This document shows positions 1 to 11,291 of a DNA stretch of 64,000 nucleotides, piece after piece. The notes beneath the pieces were generated by a model. It worked only from the letters and a program-made list of their open reading frames with translations, had not been told where the DNA came from and made no database searches. The DNA lies in assembly GCA_951406725.2 (NCBI GenBank), contig OX597815.1, forward strand, positions 134,974,001 through 135,038,000, written 5' to 3'. The position numbers were made by a program, and so were the translations under genes. Positions within the stretch are counted from its first letter, which is position 1, and each line of letters begins with the position of its first letter. Source of the stretch: Octopus vulgaris (taxonomy: Eukaryota).

Positions 1-188
1 GACATCATATCATCTTAAACAGTGTTTACATTAAGTCTGTCTACTTTGATTGCAGATTTTACTATGTAAATTCTGAAATGTAATGAAAATAAGGCTGCAC
101 TGTATGTAACGAAGAAAAGGAAATTAATGTGTGTTTCATAATAAAAGCATTATAGTACTGTTTCACTTTCAGAAAATTTGAAATGCTG

Positions 189-189
<1 letters not shown>

Positions 190-237
<48 letters not shown>
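190..237. repeat. (CT)n(CA)n microsatellite
   Basis: Direct reading. Confidence 0.95.
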
Positions 238-238
<1 letters not shown>

Positions 239-1379
239 TCAACTCTCTCACAGATTTCTTCATGATCTCAGGTGAAAGAGGAGGAGATAAGGAAACAAAA
301 GAATGTGACAGGTTGTCTATTAGTAATAAAGACAAGGAAAGTGACAAGTAGGATCAAGCATGACAGTGCAGGTGCGCATACGTATGCAAGTGAATAACAT
401 AGGTTTTATGCTTTTCAATACATGAGATACAGGCAGTCTTCTCACACTTTCTTTTAGAGAGAGATGATGTATATAAACTGAATAAATTTATAGAGATATT
501 GTCGGCTGCTTTTCATGACTGAGAATTTCAATTCCCTTCTGATCAAGTAGTTTTTCTGTGTTGATTGCATTGATGACTGAGAAGGCCAATCATTGTGTAA
601 AACAGATGAGAACAAGATGGCAAAGAAGAGAAGAGGGAGAACGTTGTTGTTGCATCTTGCATTCTTTACATTGTTCTAAAACTTTTGTTTTCCTGTGGAG
701 TGATACCAGTTGAAATAAATAGTTCTAGGTTTCATTTTCCCATGTCTTAATTCCTGTTATCCTGGTTGATCTTAACTGTTCCTTGTAATGACAGGAAGGA
801 TATCTTTAAGGTCTTTTCCTGGTGGTTAAGTCAATGAAGATGAGGAAATCCCACTTCTCCCATTTGAACCACATGTCAGTGGCATACCTAGAAGGCTCCC
901 TGGAGTAGCCCTTGAGTTCCTACCCCCTCTTCCCTGGGCCCCCACACTATATATGCTTATACAGAAAACCCCAAATTGCTACTTCCATAAAAGTGTCACC
1001 TGGGATGCATTACCCACTTGCTCAAGCTATGCTACTGATATATGTCCTAACCATCAAGGCTGGGGTTTTGCCTGCAATGGTTGGACAATGGTTGCTTCTA
1101 TGCTTCAGTTGTTGGCTTTTTTTAGCACAGCATTGCTGGTGATGTAGTCCTCCCATTTGATGTTTAAGATGGAGAAAAGTTCTTGTTGATGGAATACTAC
1201 AGATTTTTGCTGTCCTGACAAAGTGTCTGTTTCATTACTGTATATAAAAGTGGAGATGACAACAGCTTGAGAGCCCATCAGTTTCATTAGAGATACACAT
1301 ACATGCATACTAATATACCCCCCTCCACACATACCTGTATACCTGGGGTCTTAAGTCACAAACCTACAGGTCCATGAGG

Positions 1380-1600
1380 TGAAAGCTTTTCCAGGTTTCT
1401 ATGGTAACAGAGACCATAATACAACCCCTTGAATGGGCTATCAGTAAGTCACAGGTTTAATCCCCAGTTGTTGCTGGAACTTAATCTCAGCTGAGGGGAC
1501 CAGAACAATGTGAAATGAAGTATTTACGCTGAAACACAATGCACAACCTGATCTTAGATTTGAAATAAATACCTTTTGATCATGAGCTCAATACGCTAAC
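1380..1600 (-). mobile_element. Old CORE/MIR-like SINE
   Basis: ccccttgaatggg..cacaggtttaatccccag..caatgtgaaatgaagtat..acacaatgc..gatttgaa pattern typical of the reverse strand of a CORE-type SINE. Confidence 0.45.
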
Positions 1601-1677
1601 AATAAAACAAACGTGCACACACATACACATGTAAAGGTTGACAATAACTATAGTTTCGCTGTGCTTGCTTTGTCAAT

Positions 1678-1716
1678 CTGATGAAGCTGGTATGTGACGA
1701 AACTTTGCAGTCACTG
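1678..1716 (+). ncRNA. Degenerate Penelope-type minimal hammerhead ribozyme motif
   Basis: CTGATGA(A)..14 nt..GAAAC-tttgca-GTC; weak stem I/II pairing; part of an inverted repeat at 1636-1722. Confidence 0.4.
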
Positions 1717-2556
1717 TCAATCGTTTCCTTGTAAAAGTAAGTTAGATATTCTACTTAAATGCATCAACTGACCCTTCAGTTGATGGTCTAGTATGTTTAT
1801 ATTTGATTTGATCATATACAAATTGAAAAACACAAAACATATCACTATATCCATAGATATGGATGTGTGTGTATGTATGTATATATATATGTATGTATGA
1901 GTGTGTGTGTGTGTGTATATATATATATGTATGAGTGTGTGTGTGTGTATATATATATATAACACAAATGTCATGGTTTTGTACTCCATACTGGCCAAAA
2001 GTCTTTTCTACTGGCAGTGCTTCACCATGGCCACAGTCTTTGTTCTGAAATGCTTAAAAGAATAAAAATATCCATGCATGTGTGTGTGTGTATATATATA
2101 TGTATATATATATATATATATATATCATTATATTTATCCAACATGTGTATGTATGTATAGCTCTTTATCATCATCATCGTTTAATGTCCTTATTTGTAAA
2201 TATTCCAAATTCCTTTGGGTGATATATTTAAGATTCAGTCATTTTATTTGTTTCATTCACAGACATACTTCATATCACATATTTATTGAGTCCTTATGCA
2301 CTCACAGTAATTAAATATCTTAGACGAACTAAAATTGTACTGTCTATATTCAGCTATATTTTTTTCGTTCTTCAGTAATACTACTTTCCAATTCACATTG
2401 AGAATTGACTTTGTCTGAGATAAATTTTGTCTATCTATAATTTTTAAGTCAAGCAATTTTGCTGTGAGTGGGAATTTGTGTATTTGGCTTGAAATTACCA
2501 ATTGTGTATTGGTAAAGTAATTTCTTAATTTCATTTCCCTCACACTCTCACTCCAT

Positions 2557-2611
<55 letters not shown>

Positions 2612-3195
2612 TATATATATATAGTTCCTTATCTTTTCTCTTAAAATCTACTAATTTTTGTCCATCTTTTTGGTATCATTCTCTATACTTCTGCTATTTT
2701 CTTACATTATCTATTTTCCCCTCTATTATAGATCTTCTTTTTCCACCTCTCCTCTTTTTTCCATTTTCATTCATTTTCTAATCCCTTTCCAATATTTCAT
2801 TGTCTTACTAGCTGCCTGTCACACTCTCTGGTTGGTTATTTCTCATTTCTCCCCATGTTTTTTTGCAGCACAGTTACTGCTTACTTTCTCCTTTTACTAA
2901 TTAAATTGTTGGCAAGGGCAGAGTATTTTGTTTTGCACCCATAATAAACTACCAGGGTTATCAGACCATAGGTTTGTAACATATGAGAGAAAATCCTGGG
3001 CAGATCTGCTCTTATAGAATCTATGCTGATGGTCAGTGAAAACAAAAATAAACTCAAAGCATTATTGGCTTGTTTATGGCCATTTCTATCACCTCTGAAG
3101 GCAATAGAATGGCAGGGTTAGAATCATTGGGATACATCTCTATGGAGAGACTTAAAAGCTGTGTGACGTCTGTAATTCACATTGAAGATAACTTT

Positions 3196-3426
3196 GGAGA
3201 GCTAGCAGAAACGTTAGAGCGCTGAACGAAATGCATAGCAGTATTTCATCTACTGTTATGTTCTGAGTTCAAATTCCGCCGAGGTCGACTTTGCCTTTCA
3301 TCCTTTTGGGGTCGATAAATTAAATACCAGTTATGCACTGGGGTCGATGTAATCGACTTAATCCCTTTGTCTGTCCTTGTTTGTCCCCTCTATGCTTAGC
3401 CCCTTGTGGACAATAAAGAAATAAGA
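3196..3426 (+). mobile_element. Nin/Deu-like tRNA SINE
   Basis: Same family as 10081-10310 (gagttcaaattccgccgaggtcgactttgcctttcatcc). Confidence 0.8.
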
Positions 3427-4003
3427 ATATGAAGCTTGGTAGCCACATTGGTTTGTGGTAATCACTTAGTAAATTGGGGGAAATTTTGTTGTGTGAATGC
3501 AACAGTATCAGATTAGAAGTGGCTAGTGTAGTGGCTTAATCTACAGGAGTTCTAATTACATATCCATAATAGTTGGAAAATAGGAGGAATCTGAAAATTT
3601 GATAGAGAATACCTTCTGAAATGGTCAGGAATTGCAGCAATTTTAGAGCTAAAATAGCTAGCAAGCTGTGTGATTCATGAGGTCATTGTTTGCTTTCCTG
3701 ATGGTCTTGAGGATAACTTTCTCATGTTGATGCAGTCAACTTGCAGATGAACTTAACAATTTTAGAAATGTGATACTGAAGTGGAGAGATTTGTCTAATA
3801 AAAAGACATTGGTCATCCACTTCGATGACTTAGATGTATCACAACTGAAGTATATTGTTACTAAGGTTAGCAAATATTGAATTAGTAAGACTCTGATTTG
3901 TTAGTTGTTTTGGAACACCAGAACTAAACTGAGTTATACGTATTGAGTCAGTGAGATGGATGACTGGATGATTTCAGGGAGAAAACTGTTGACATAAATA
4001 TCC

Positions 4004-4162
4004 TTGACCCTTTAATATTCAGATCACTGTCAAATGTAATGCTTATTTATTCACTTTGTTTTGAATTAATCATGCATTATCTTATAACTTTGAGATATCA
4101 GTGCCATGGTTGCTTAGTTTTTAGAATAACATTATAGGGTAGATGTGAGAGGCTGGATTTTC
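4004..4162 (+). mobile_element. piggyBac-type MITE, 3'-truncated
   Basis: ttgaccctttaatattcaga..aaatgtaatgcttatttattcac..tttagaataacattatagggtag shared with the other two copies. Confidence 0.6.
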
Positions 4163-4200
4163 TCATAAAAAAGGTAGACTTTCAAGAGCAGACATACTGT

Positions 4201-4402
4201 CACAACTGTATACACTTCTATACAGATGATATTTAAGCATACAAGGGTCACCACAACTGTATACACTTCTATACAGATGATATTTAAGCATACAGGGGTC
4301 ACCACAACTGTATACACTTCTATACAGATGATATTTAAGCATACAGGGGTCATAACTGTATACACTTCTATACAGATGATATTTAAGCATACAGGGGTCA
4401 CA
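4201..4402. repeat. Minisatellite, 4 near-identical units of 48-51 bp
   Basis: Unit cacaactgtatacacttctatacagatgatatttaagcatacaggggtcac. Confidence 0.95.
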
Positions 4403-5064
4403 AACACAGACATGACAAAGCTGTACTTCTACCATCAACAATAATCAGTTTATGGGCCAGAAAATATTTCATCTTATTTCAATTGTGGACCCATTATAAA
4501 ATTCAAGTAGACACACATTTGAATATGGCTCACATATCCAGGATGACACTGCTGCTATGCACACAAACATCTAAGATCTCATACAAAAAGGTAGTTTAGT
4601 TTATTGCAATAGATTTCTCCATTACATGGCTATAAACATGTGTATTATTTCTTTCTCTTTACTGTAAATACTACAAATTCTGCTTCTTTGAACTACCAAG
4701 GCACATACCGTTTCTGTTAAAATACACTGAATGCTCCCCACACTCAGTGCATCATCTCTAAGTGACTCATAGAAACTTGCACACAAATTTCTTTGACCAA
4801 TCCACAGAAATGTACTCCTCTGGTATTCTCTCTCTCTCTCTTTATTTGCTTTTTCCCTGCAGGCATCTGCCCATAAAAGTTCATGCAGAATATCAAGTGC
4901 ATCAACTGCACTAGTCTGATATGGTCTGTAAATATCATTGGCAGACGTACTTCCTCCTCCACTTTCTCCTCCAACTACTTTTAAAAACAAACATACATTT
5001 ATACACATATGCACCAACATGTGCGTACATATACTCACACAAAATATACATCATAATGTGAGCA

Positions 5065-5220
5065 GACAGGTCTGTATGCAAGGAAGTTTTATTTTGTAAC
5101 CATGAATTCCTGGATTCGATCCAGTGTATGATACCATGAGTGTCTTCTTCCATAGCCTTGGGTCAATTAAAGCCTTGTGGAATTTGATAGATGGATATCA
5201 AGCAGAAGCTGTCGGTTGTG
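5065..5220 (+). mobile_element. Second SINE family, decayed head
   Basis: ggattcgatcc..gtgtcttcttccatagccttgggtcaattaaagccttgtgga. Confidence 0.55.
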
Positions 5221-7421
5221 TGTGTATATATGTGAGTGCACTTAACACATACACATACATCACTCACTCACATGTACACATACGGATGTAAAAAAAGATT
5301 TATCTTGAAATACAAATTAACCTGAATGTTGATGAATGTCACAGTATTTTCTTATCTATAGAAATTCCATGAAAAACATATATGTGTGTGTGAGTATGTG
5401 TACGCACAGACACACACACATACACACACCTAGATATGAATGTTTATTTGCTTATATAAATACTGATATGAATTTATTTGCTTTTTATATATATATAAAG
5501 TGAACAATGATTCTATGTACATCAACCTGCTAAAAGGTATCATAATAAATATTTAGTAATGCATGATAAAAACTCATGTTTAATGAGAAGGAACTGGGGA
5601 AAAAAAAATCTAACTGATGTAATGGGATATTCAGTTAACTAGTTGCATTTTGATGAAATAAGAGAGAGGGAGAGGGAGAGAGAGAGAGGGAGAGAGAGAG
5701 AGAGAGAGAGATAGAGGATGTAATGTGATTAGGTGCTGAGAGGAAGATATTATGGCAGGATCTGATATTTTCAAAGAAATATTCTTTATAATTCACAATG
5801 GAGTTTTGTTTAGCCTGGAGTAGCAGTTAACCAAACAATATTATCTTCTTTATGGAAATACACTTTGAAATGCCTATAAAGGCAAATGTAAACTGAACTA
5901 CAAGAGCTAGATAATGAAAAAGACATTTCTTTTGTAAACAGCCTGAAAGAAGTCCTTGCACAATACACTAAAAACAAAATATGAATATGATTGTTGATAA
6001 CATTTGGAAACAAAAAAGCAAAAAAAAAAGCAGTGTATTAGATTCATCAAATATTTAAATGTATTTCCTGTAATGAAATGCATGGCATCTGATATGCTTG
6101 TGGTAAGGAATGGCCCTTGACCATTTCTTCAATGCAAGCATAAATATTGCCATGTCTAAGTTAGAGTTGGGTAGTAGAGTTAATTCTTTGTCTGGTTTAA
6201 CACCATCACCAGGCAACTTCTGTGACTTTAATGGAATCTACTCTGCTGCATTTCAGGTCAGGTTTCCAGTTTGAGAATGTCATCCTTGATCTCTCGCTCT
6301 CTCACCTATCTGAGCCTTGTGAAAGGACACAGACACTGCCTTCCCTCCTAAAGTGTTAATAAAAACAGAAATTATGCATGCTCTTAGTTTTCTATTATTA
6401 TATGTTAAAAATACAATGAAAACTGGGTTTTAGGATGAGATGCTATACCACTTGTTTATAACTTGAAAGCTCAAAGCTGCAATATTAATTTTCATTGTGT
6501 TTCTGAACAAAACACTTTATTATATTTTCCTATCTGCTATGAATAAGTGACAGATTGCCAAAGAGTATCATCTGTGGTTGACTAGTGTCCTATTTAAACT
6601 TCAGAATTATATCTCACCTTCTTAATGTTATGAGATCAAAGCTAAGTACCAGTTGTTAAATGCCTCATGGGCTAAGATGGCATTTATATTTACATAGGAG
6701 ACTAGAACAAATAGAGTAAAGGTGCCTCTGATGAAAACTACATTCAGATGGCAATAGTTAGGCCAGAACGCATGAATAGGTGATCAGTAGACCAGAATGC
6801 TAACAATTCAGCTACTTAAAAACTTTGCTTTCACTTTAGCAATTTTTATACAGTTATCATCATTATCACAATAACAATGAAAGCCAGACCATTGATACCA
6901 CCATCCTCATTATGATTATATTAATAATGATTTCTTTACATTGGCATGAGAGTAAAGGCTTGCATGGAGGGAAGCATAATTATTTTAAGTATATTACTTG
7001 TACTTCAGTAGGGATGAAAAGCACTGTTCCCTGTTGATAGGCCCCAATACATCTTCAACACTATCTAATTCTTTTCCACTCTCATTCTGACTCTCTCGCT
7101 CTCATATTCCACCTTTTCCTTGTCCAACTTGGGTGGCAAAATATCTTCTCAATTGTAAAACAACTATCTCTGTCCCTCTATTGTACTTTAACCTCTTGCC
7201 AGGCACTCAGCCACTTCGCTTGGTTCTACTCCCTTCTTCAGCTGAGAGGTCTCTGCCTTGCAAGCTGCTTGGTGATCCTGCTGGTACTGGTTCCACATGA
7301 AAAAGTTTGTGTACTGTTGCCATGTAAAAAGCACCTGTGCTGGTACCATGTGAAAAGCACCTGTGCTGGTGCCACATAAAAGACACCAAATGATTCTGCT
7401 AGCTCACTACTTTCATAATAA

Positions 7422-7637
7422 AAATAATAATGATCATTTCTACTATAGGCACAAGGCCTGAAATTTTGGAGAGGGGTAAGTCGATTACATCAACCCCAGT
7501 ACTCAACTGGTACTTAATTTATCGACCCTGAAAAGTAAAGTCAACCTCAGCAGAATTTGAACTCAGAACATAGACACATGAAATGCTGCTATGCATTTTG
7601 CCTGACATGCTAACGATTCTGCCAGCTCACCACCTTA
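7422..7637 (-). mobile_element. Nin/Deu-like tRNA SINE
   Basis: Reverse-complement match to the family, with an (ATT)n-type tail. Confidence 0.75.
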
Positions 7638-7677
7638 TAATATAATAATAATAATAATGATAATAATAATAATAATG

Positions 7678-8450
7678 TGGTGTCGACCCAAAGTGCCAAT
7701 ACAGCAACAATGGGATTGAAACAGTGGACCAACTGATCTCTGGATGCAAGGTTTTAGTACCTGTAGAGTACATATCAAGACATGACAGAGTTGGCCAGTA
7801 TCTACATTGGATAATGTGTCAGCATTATAAAATTAAAACTGCTAACAAATGATACAAGCACCAGACTGAGTCTGTGACTGAGGGAGAAAATGTAACTATT
7901 CATTGGGACTTCTCAGTATGTACAGACCGGACCATCAAAGCAAATAAACTATATATTGTTATGAAGGACCAAAACAATAAAGTCTGTTTATTGATTGACA
8001 TGAGCATACTCTGTGACAATAATATCTTGGCATAAGAATTTGATAAGCACAGAAAATATAAAGATTTTCTAATTGAAATTGAAAAGATGTGGTATCTCAA
8101 GACAGTAACAATACCAGTGATTGTAGGAGCACTTAGAATGATCAAAAAAGGAACTGAAAATTATTTAAGAATGATCCCTGGTTTACCATCCATGCAGGAA
8201 GTGCAAAAGATTGTCTTAACTGGTACGTCACACATATTGAGAGGAGCATTACCATTGTGAATTTTATTCTCCACCACCCCTTTATTTTCTTTGTTTTTTC
8301 CTTTTTCTCTGTCACATGAGTTTGTAAATGAACAAGCTGGTGTGTTTATTTTAATGGCCTACCAATGTATACAGTACGTTTCTCTGCTCTAGGTGTCAAG
8401 AAGACACTCGACAAGAAATGGAAACAGAATTGAAAGAAGATGCTAATGAA
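7678..8450 (+). mobile_element. 5'-truncated Dong/R4-type non-LTR retrotransposon (decayed CCHC knuckle + restriction-like endonuclease, 3' UTR)
   Basis: Frame reads DPKCQYS..ETVDQLISGC..RHDRV..WDF..TDRTIKANK..LLIDMS..KYKDFLIEIEKMW..TIPVIVGAL, with 2 in-frame stops, ending at 8260. Flanked on both sides by (AAT)n. Confidence 0.85.
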
Positions 8451-9455
8451 AATAATAATAATAATAATAAAACAATGGTTTTTATTTTTGCACTAGGTGA
8501 TAGAATGTTGTCATATGGGTTATATTCTAAGTTAGTTGAAGTTCAGTTTCATTTTAATCAAGTTTGATGCTATTTTCATAAATGTTTCTCTTATTTTAAC
8601 ATTTCATATTTTTTGTCTACAACAGACAAAAAAAAAACAGGGAAGTGATATCCTGCAAACATTGATTTAACAAGTGGGAGGTCTTTTTATTTGCTTCTTT
8701 GGAAAATTTTTATTCTGATGATGATGATGATGATCTGGCAACAACCACTGACTGCATAAGGTATTTTACTACCAATTCATAAATTGTGGCTCAAAATCTA
8801 CTGCAAGCATTTTAATATGCTTCTGAACAGGATCTGTTTCCTTCATCACAAGTCTGAGATCACACATCTGTTGGATACTTGTTCCATATTTATGGATAAA
8901 AAAGGCCAATATATCTGATACATAACTTAGATTAAGAAAAAGTTAAGTGATTGATTCTATTTATTGTACTAAAGCATTGGATATTTATGATTTATACTCT
9001 AATGAGGACCTTACTTCTACTAGATTTTAAGTCTACATTATCTCATTCTCATGACTCCTCTAATATACAACACCTGACTTTGGTTTCTTGCACCAAACTA
9101 TGTACATGATTATTTATATTCAGATTGTTCTAATGTTGAGCATCCTGTACTTAATTTGGGTGTTACATATGTAGGAATACAATAGCCAATATTCCCCCCC
9201 CCCATTTTCAAGAAAGTAGGCAGTAATTCAGAGGTGATTTGGTTAATTTCTGGCAGGTTAAATAACCACAAATAAGTGTCATTGTTTAAGAATAATAATA
9301 ATAATAAATACTTCAGGTGTTCTAGGTTTATACCGGACCTGTTGCTTCCACCTTAGTAGACCTCTTTAAAAATATTAAATAGAAACTGTTTGTAATTTCC
9401 AAGCAAAAATATACCATTATCAGTTACCATCATCATTGACCTGCATGTTTTATTT

Positions 9456-9509
9456 ATGTGTATGTGTACATACATGTATATACATACATGTATATACATA
9501 CATGCATAC

Positions 9510-9596
<87 letters not shown>

Positions 9597-9598
9597 AC

Positions 9599-9654
<56 letters not shown>

Positions 9655-9660
9655 GTGTAC
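9456..9660. repeat. Long (TA)n/(TACA)n compound microsatellite
   Basis: Direct reading; the source of four spurious YI-repeat ORFs. Confidence 0.95.
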
Positions 9661-10080
9661 AAACAAATATTTATACATGAAAGCGGTGACCTTTGACAGG
9701 TATTATATATATATATATATATATATTTGTAGTATTGGAATGGATGCTAAATAGTAAACTTGAACATTATATATAAATATATATATATATAATGTGTGTG
9801 TGTGCATGTGATTTGGAAAAAGTGACAGGAAGTGTATAGCAAAATTGTGTATCCTTTTTAGGTACACCTACATCTAACCATCCTCCTACTGAAACACACA
9901 CTCTTCTGTAACTTCTGAGTCTTACTTTCTGACTCTGCAACTGCTCCAATCTTCCTGCACCAGTTCTCCTCATTGTCAAGAAAGGTAGGAAACTTGGTAA
10001 ATTCCTTGTTAGAAACTCCATAGTGCCCAGCCATATACAGCCTGACACTTTTAAATGCACTTGTCAGCAATGCAATACCT

Positions 10081-10310
10081 ATTTCTTTACTACCCACAAG
10101 GGGCCAAACACAGAGGGGACAAAGACAGACGAACGGATTAAGTCGATTACATCGACCCCAGTGCGTAACTGGTGCTTAATTTATCGACCCTGAAAGGATG
10201 AAAGGCAAAGTCGACCTCGGCGGAATTTGAACTCAGAATGCAGCGGTGGTCGAAATACCACAAAGCATTTCGCCCGGCATGCTAACGATTCTGCCAGCTC
10301 GCCGCCTTCG
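10081..10310 (-). mobile_element. tRNA-derived SINE with Nin/Deu-like central domain, young copy
   Basis: B-box-like GAGTTCAAATTCC and domain gcctttcatcctttc.gggtcgataaa. Perfect 15-bp TSD agcaatgcaatacct at 10066-10080 and 10311-10325. Confidence 0.85.
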
Positions 10311-11041
10311 AGCAATGCAATACCTGTCCCTATATTAACAACATTACATCCATCACCGGGTCTATGTCACAGTACTACATCATCTAAAATTTCTCCTGCA
10401 TATTATCCAAACTCATACACTGCATCATCTGCAAACTTTGTGGTACACTTTACATTAGAGAAACAGGCTGTCACTTTGTCAATTACTTTTGCAAATACAC
10501 TTGAAGGATATTACAGTGTATTTCAGTCCCAAGTTGTCAACATGTATTTCAACACAAACCATTCCATCATTATTTTTTTGTGCCAGCTTTCCATCCTAGC
10601 ATGGCTTGGCTGGTTAGATCTAACAGGTCTTGCTCCAATGTCTCAGTTTTAGCATCAGTTCTATGGCTGGATGCCTTTCTTATTGCCAACCACTTTATGA
10701 GGTATACTGTGTGCATCAAAGCTAGTGAAGTTTCCTTTGTAAGTTACAATACTGAAGAGCACTCTGCCCACACACCTTTACCTAAGAGAGAGAATAGTGA
10801 TACAGAGGTTACTTTATGTAAGGTGTTGAGAGATTCATGTATGATGGGAAGAGTAAGAACAGGTTTATTGTGAGAGAGCTTCATGGCTACATTGCACTTA
10901 TCAGCATCCTGGAAACATAAGAAACATTTTGTATTCACATCATAGCACCAACGGGTTTAAATGAACATTCTTTTTTTATATTCTATCACTCCTTCTAAGT
11001 TCAGTAACTCCATTTTAATTTTATCAACTCCTCTCTCACCA

Positions 11042-11291
11042 TAACCCTTTAGAACTCAGACTATTCTGCCAAATGTAATGCTTAATGTAATGCTTAATGT
11101 AATGTATAATGTAATGCCAAATGTAATGCATAATCATTCATATTGTTTGGAATTAATCAAGATTTTGATGCTTATTTATTTTTAGAATGACATTGTAGGG
11201 TAGGTATGAGAAGTAGGATCTAGCCAGTTTGAACTTACAAGTGACAGAATATTTTGGCTGGACATGGCCTATTTAATTGCTAAAGGATTAA
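11042..11291 (+). mobile_element. piggyBac-type MITE
   Basis: Ends (t)aaccctttag...ctaaaggattaa (TTAA + CCCTTT-like TIR). Body homologous to 4004-4162 and 13882-14100. Confidence 0.65.

Noticed and set aside
9450-9754. YI/CV/HT-rich ORFs here and at many other sites (e.g. 1717, 28808, 31543, 48564, 50097, 62413)
   Set aside because: Translations of (TA)n/(CA)n microsatellites; no coding signal.
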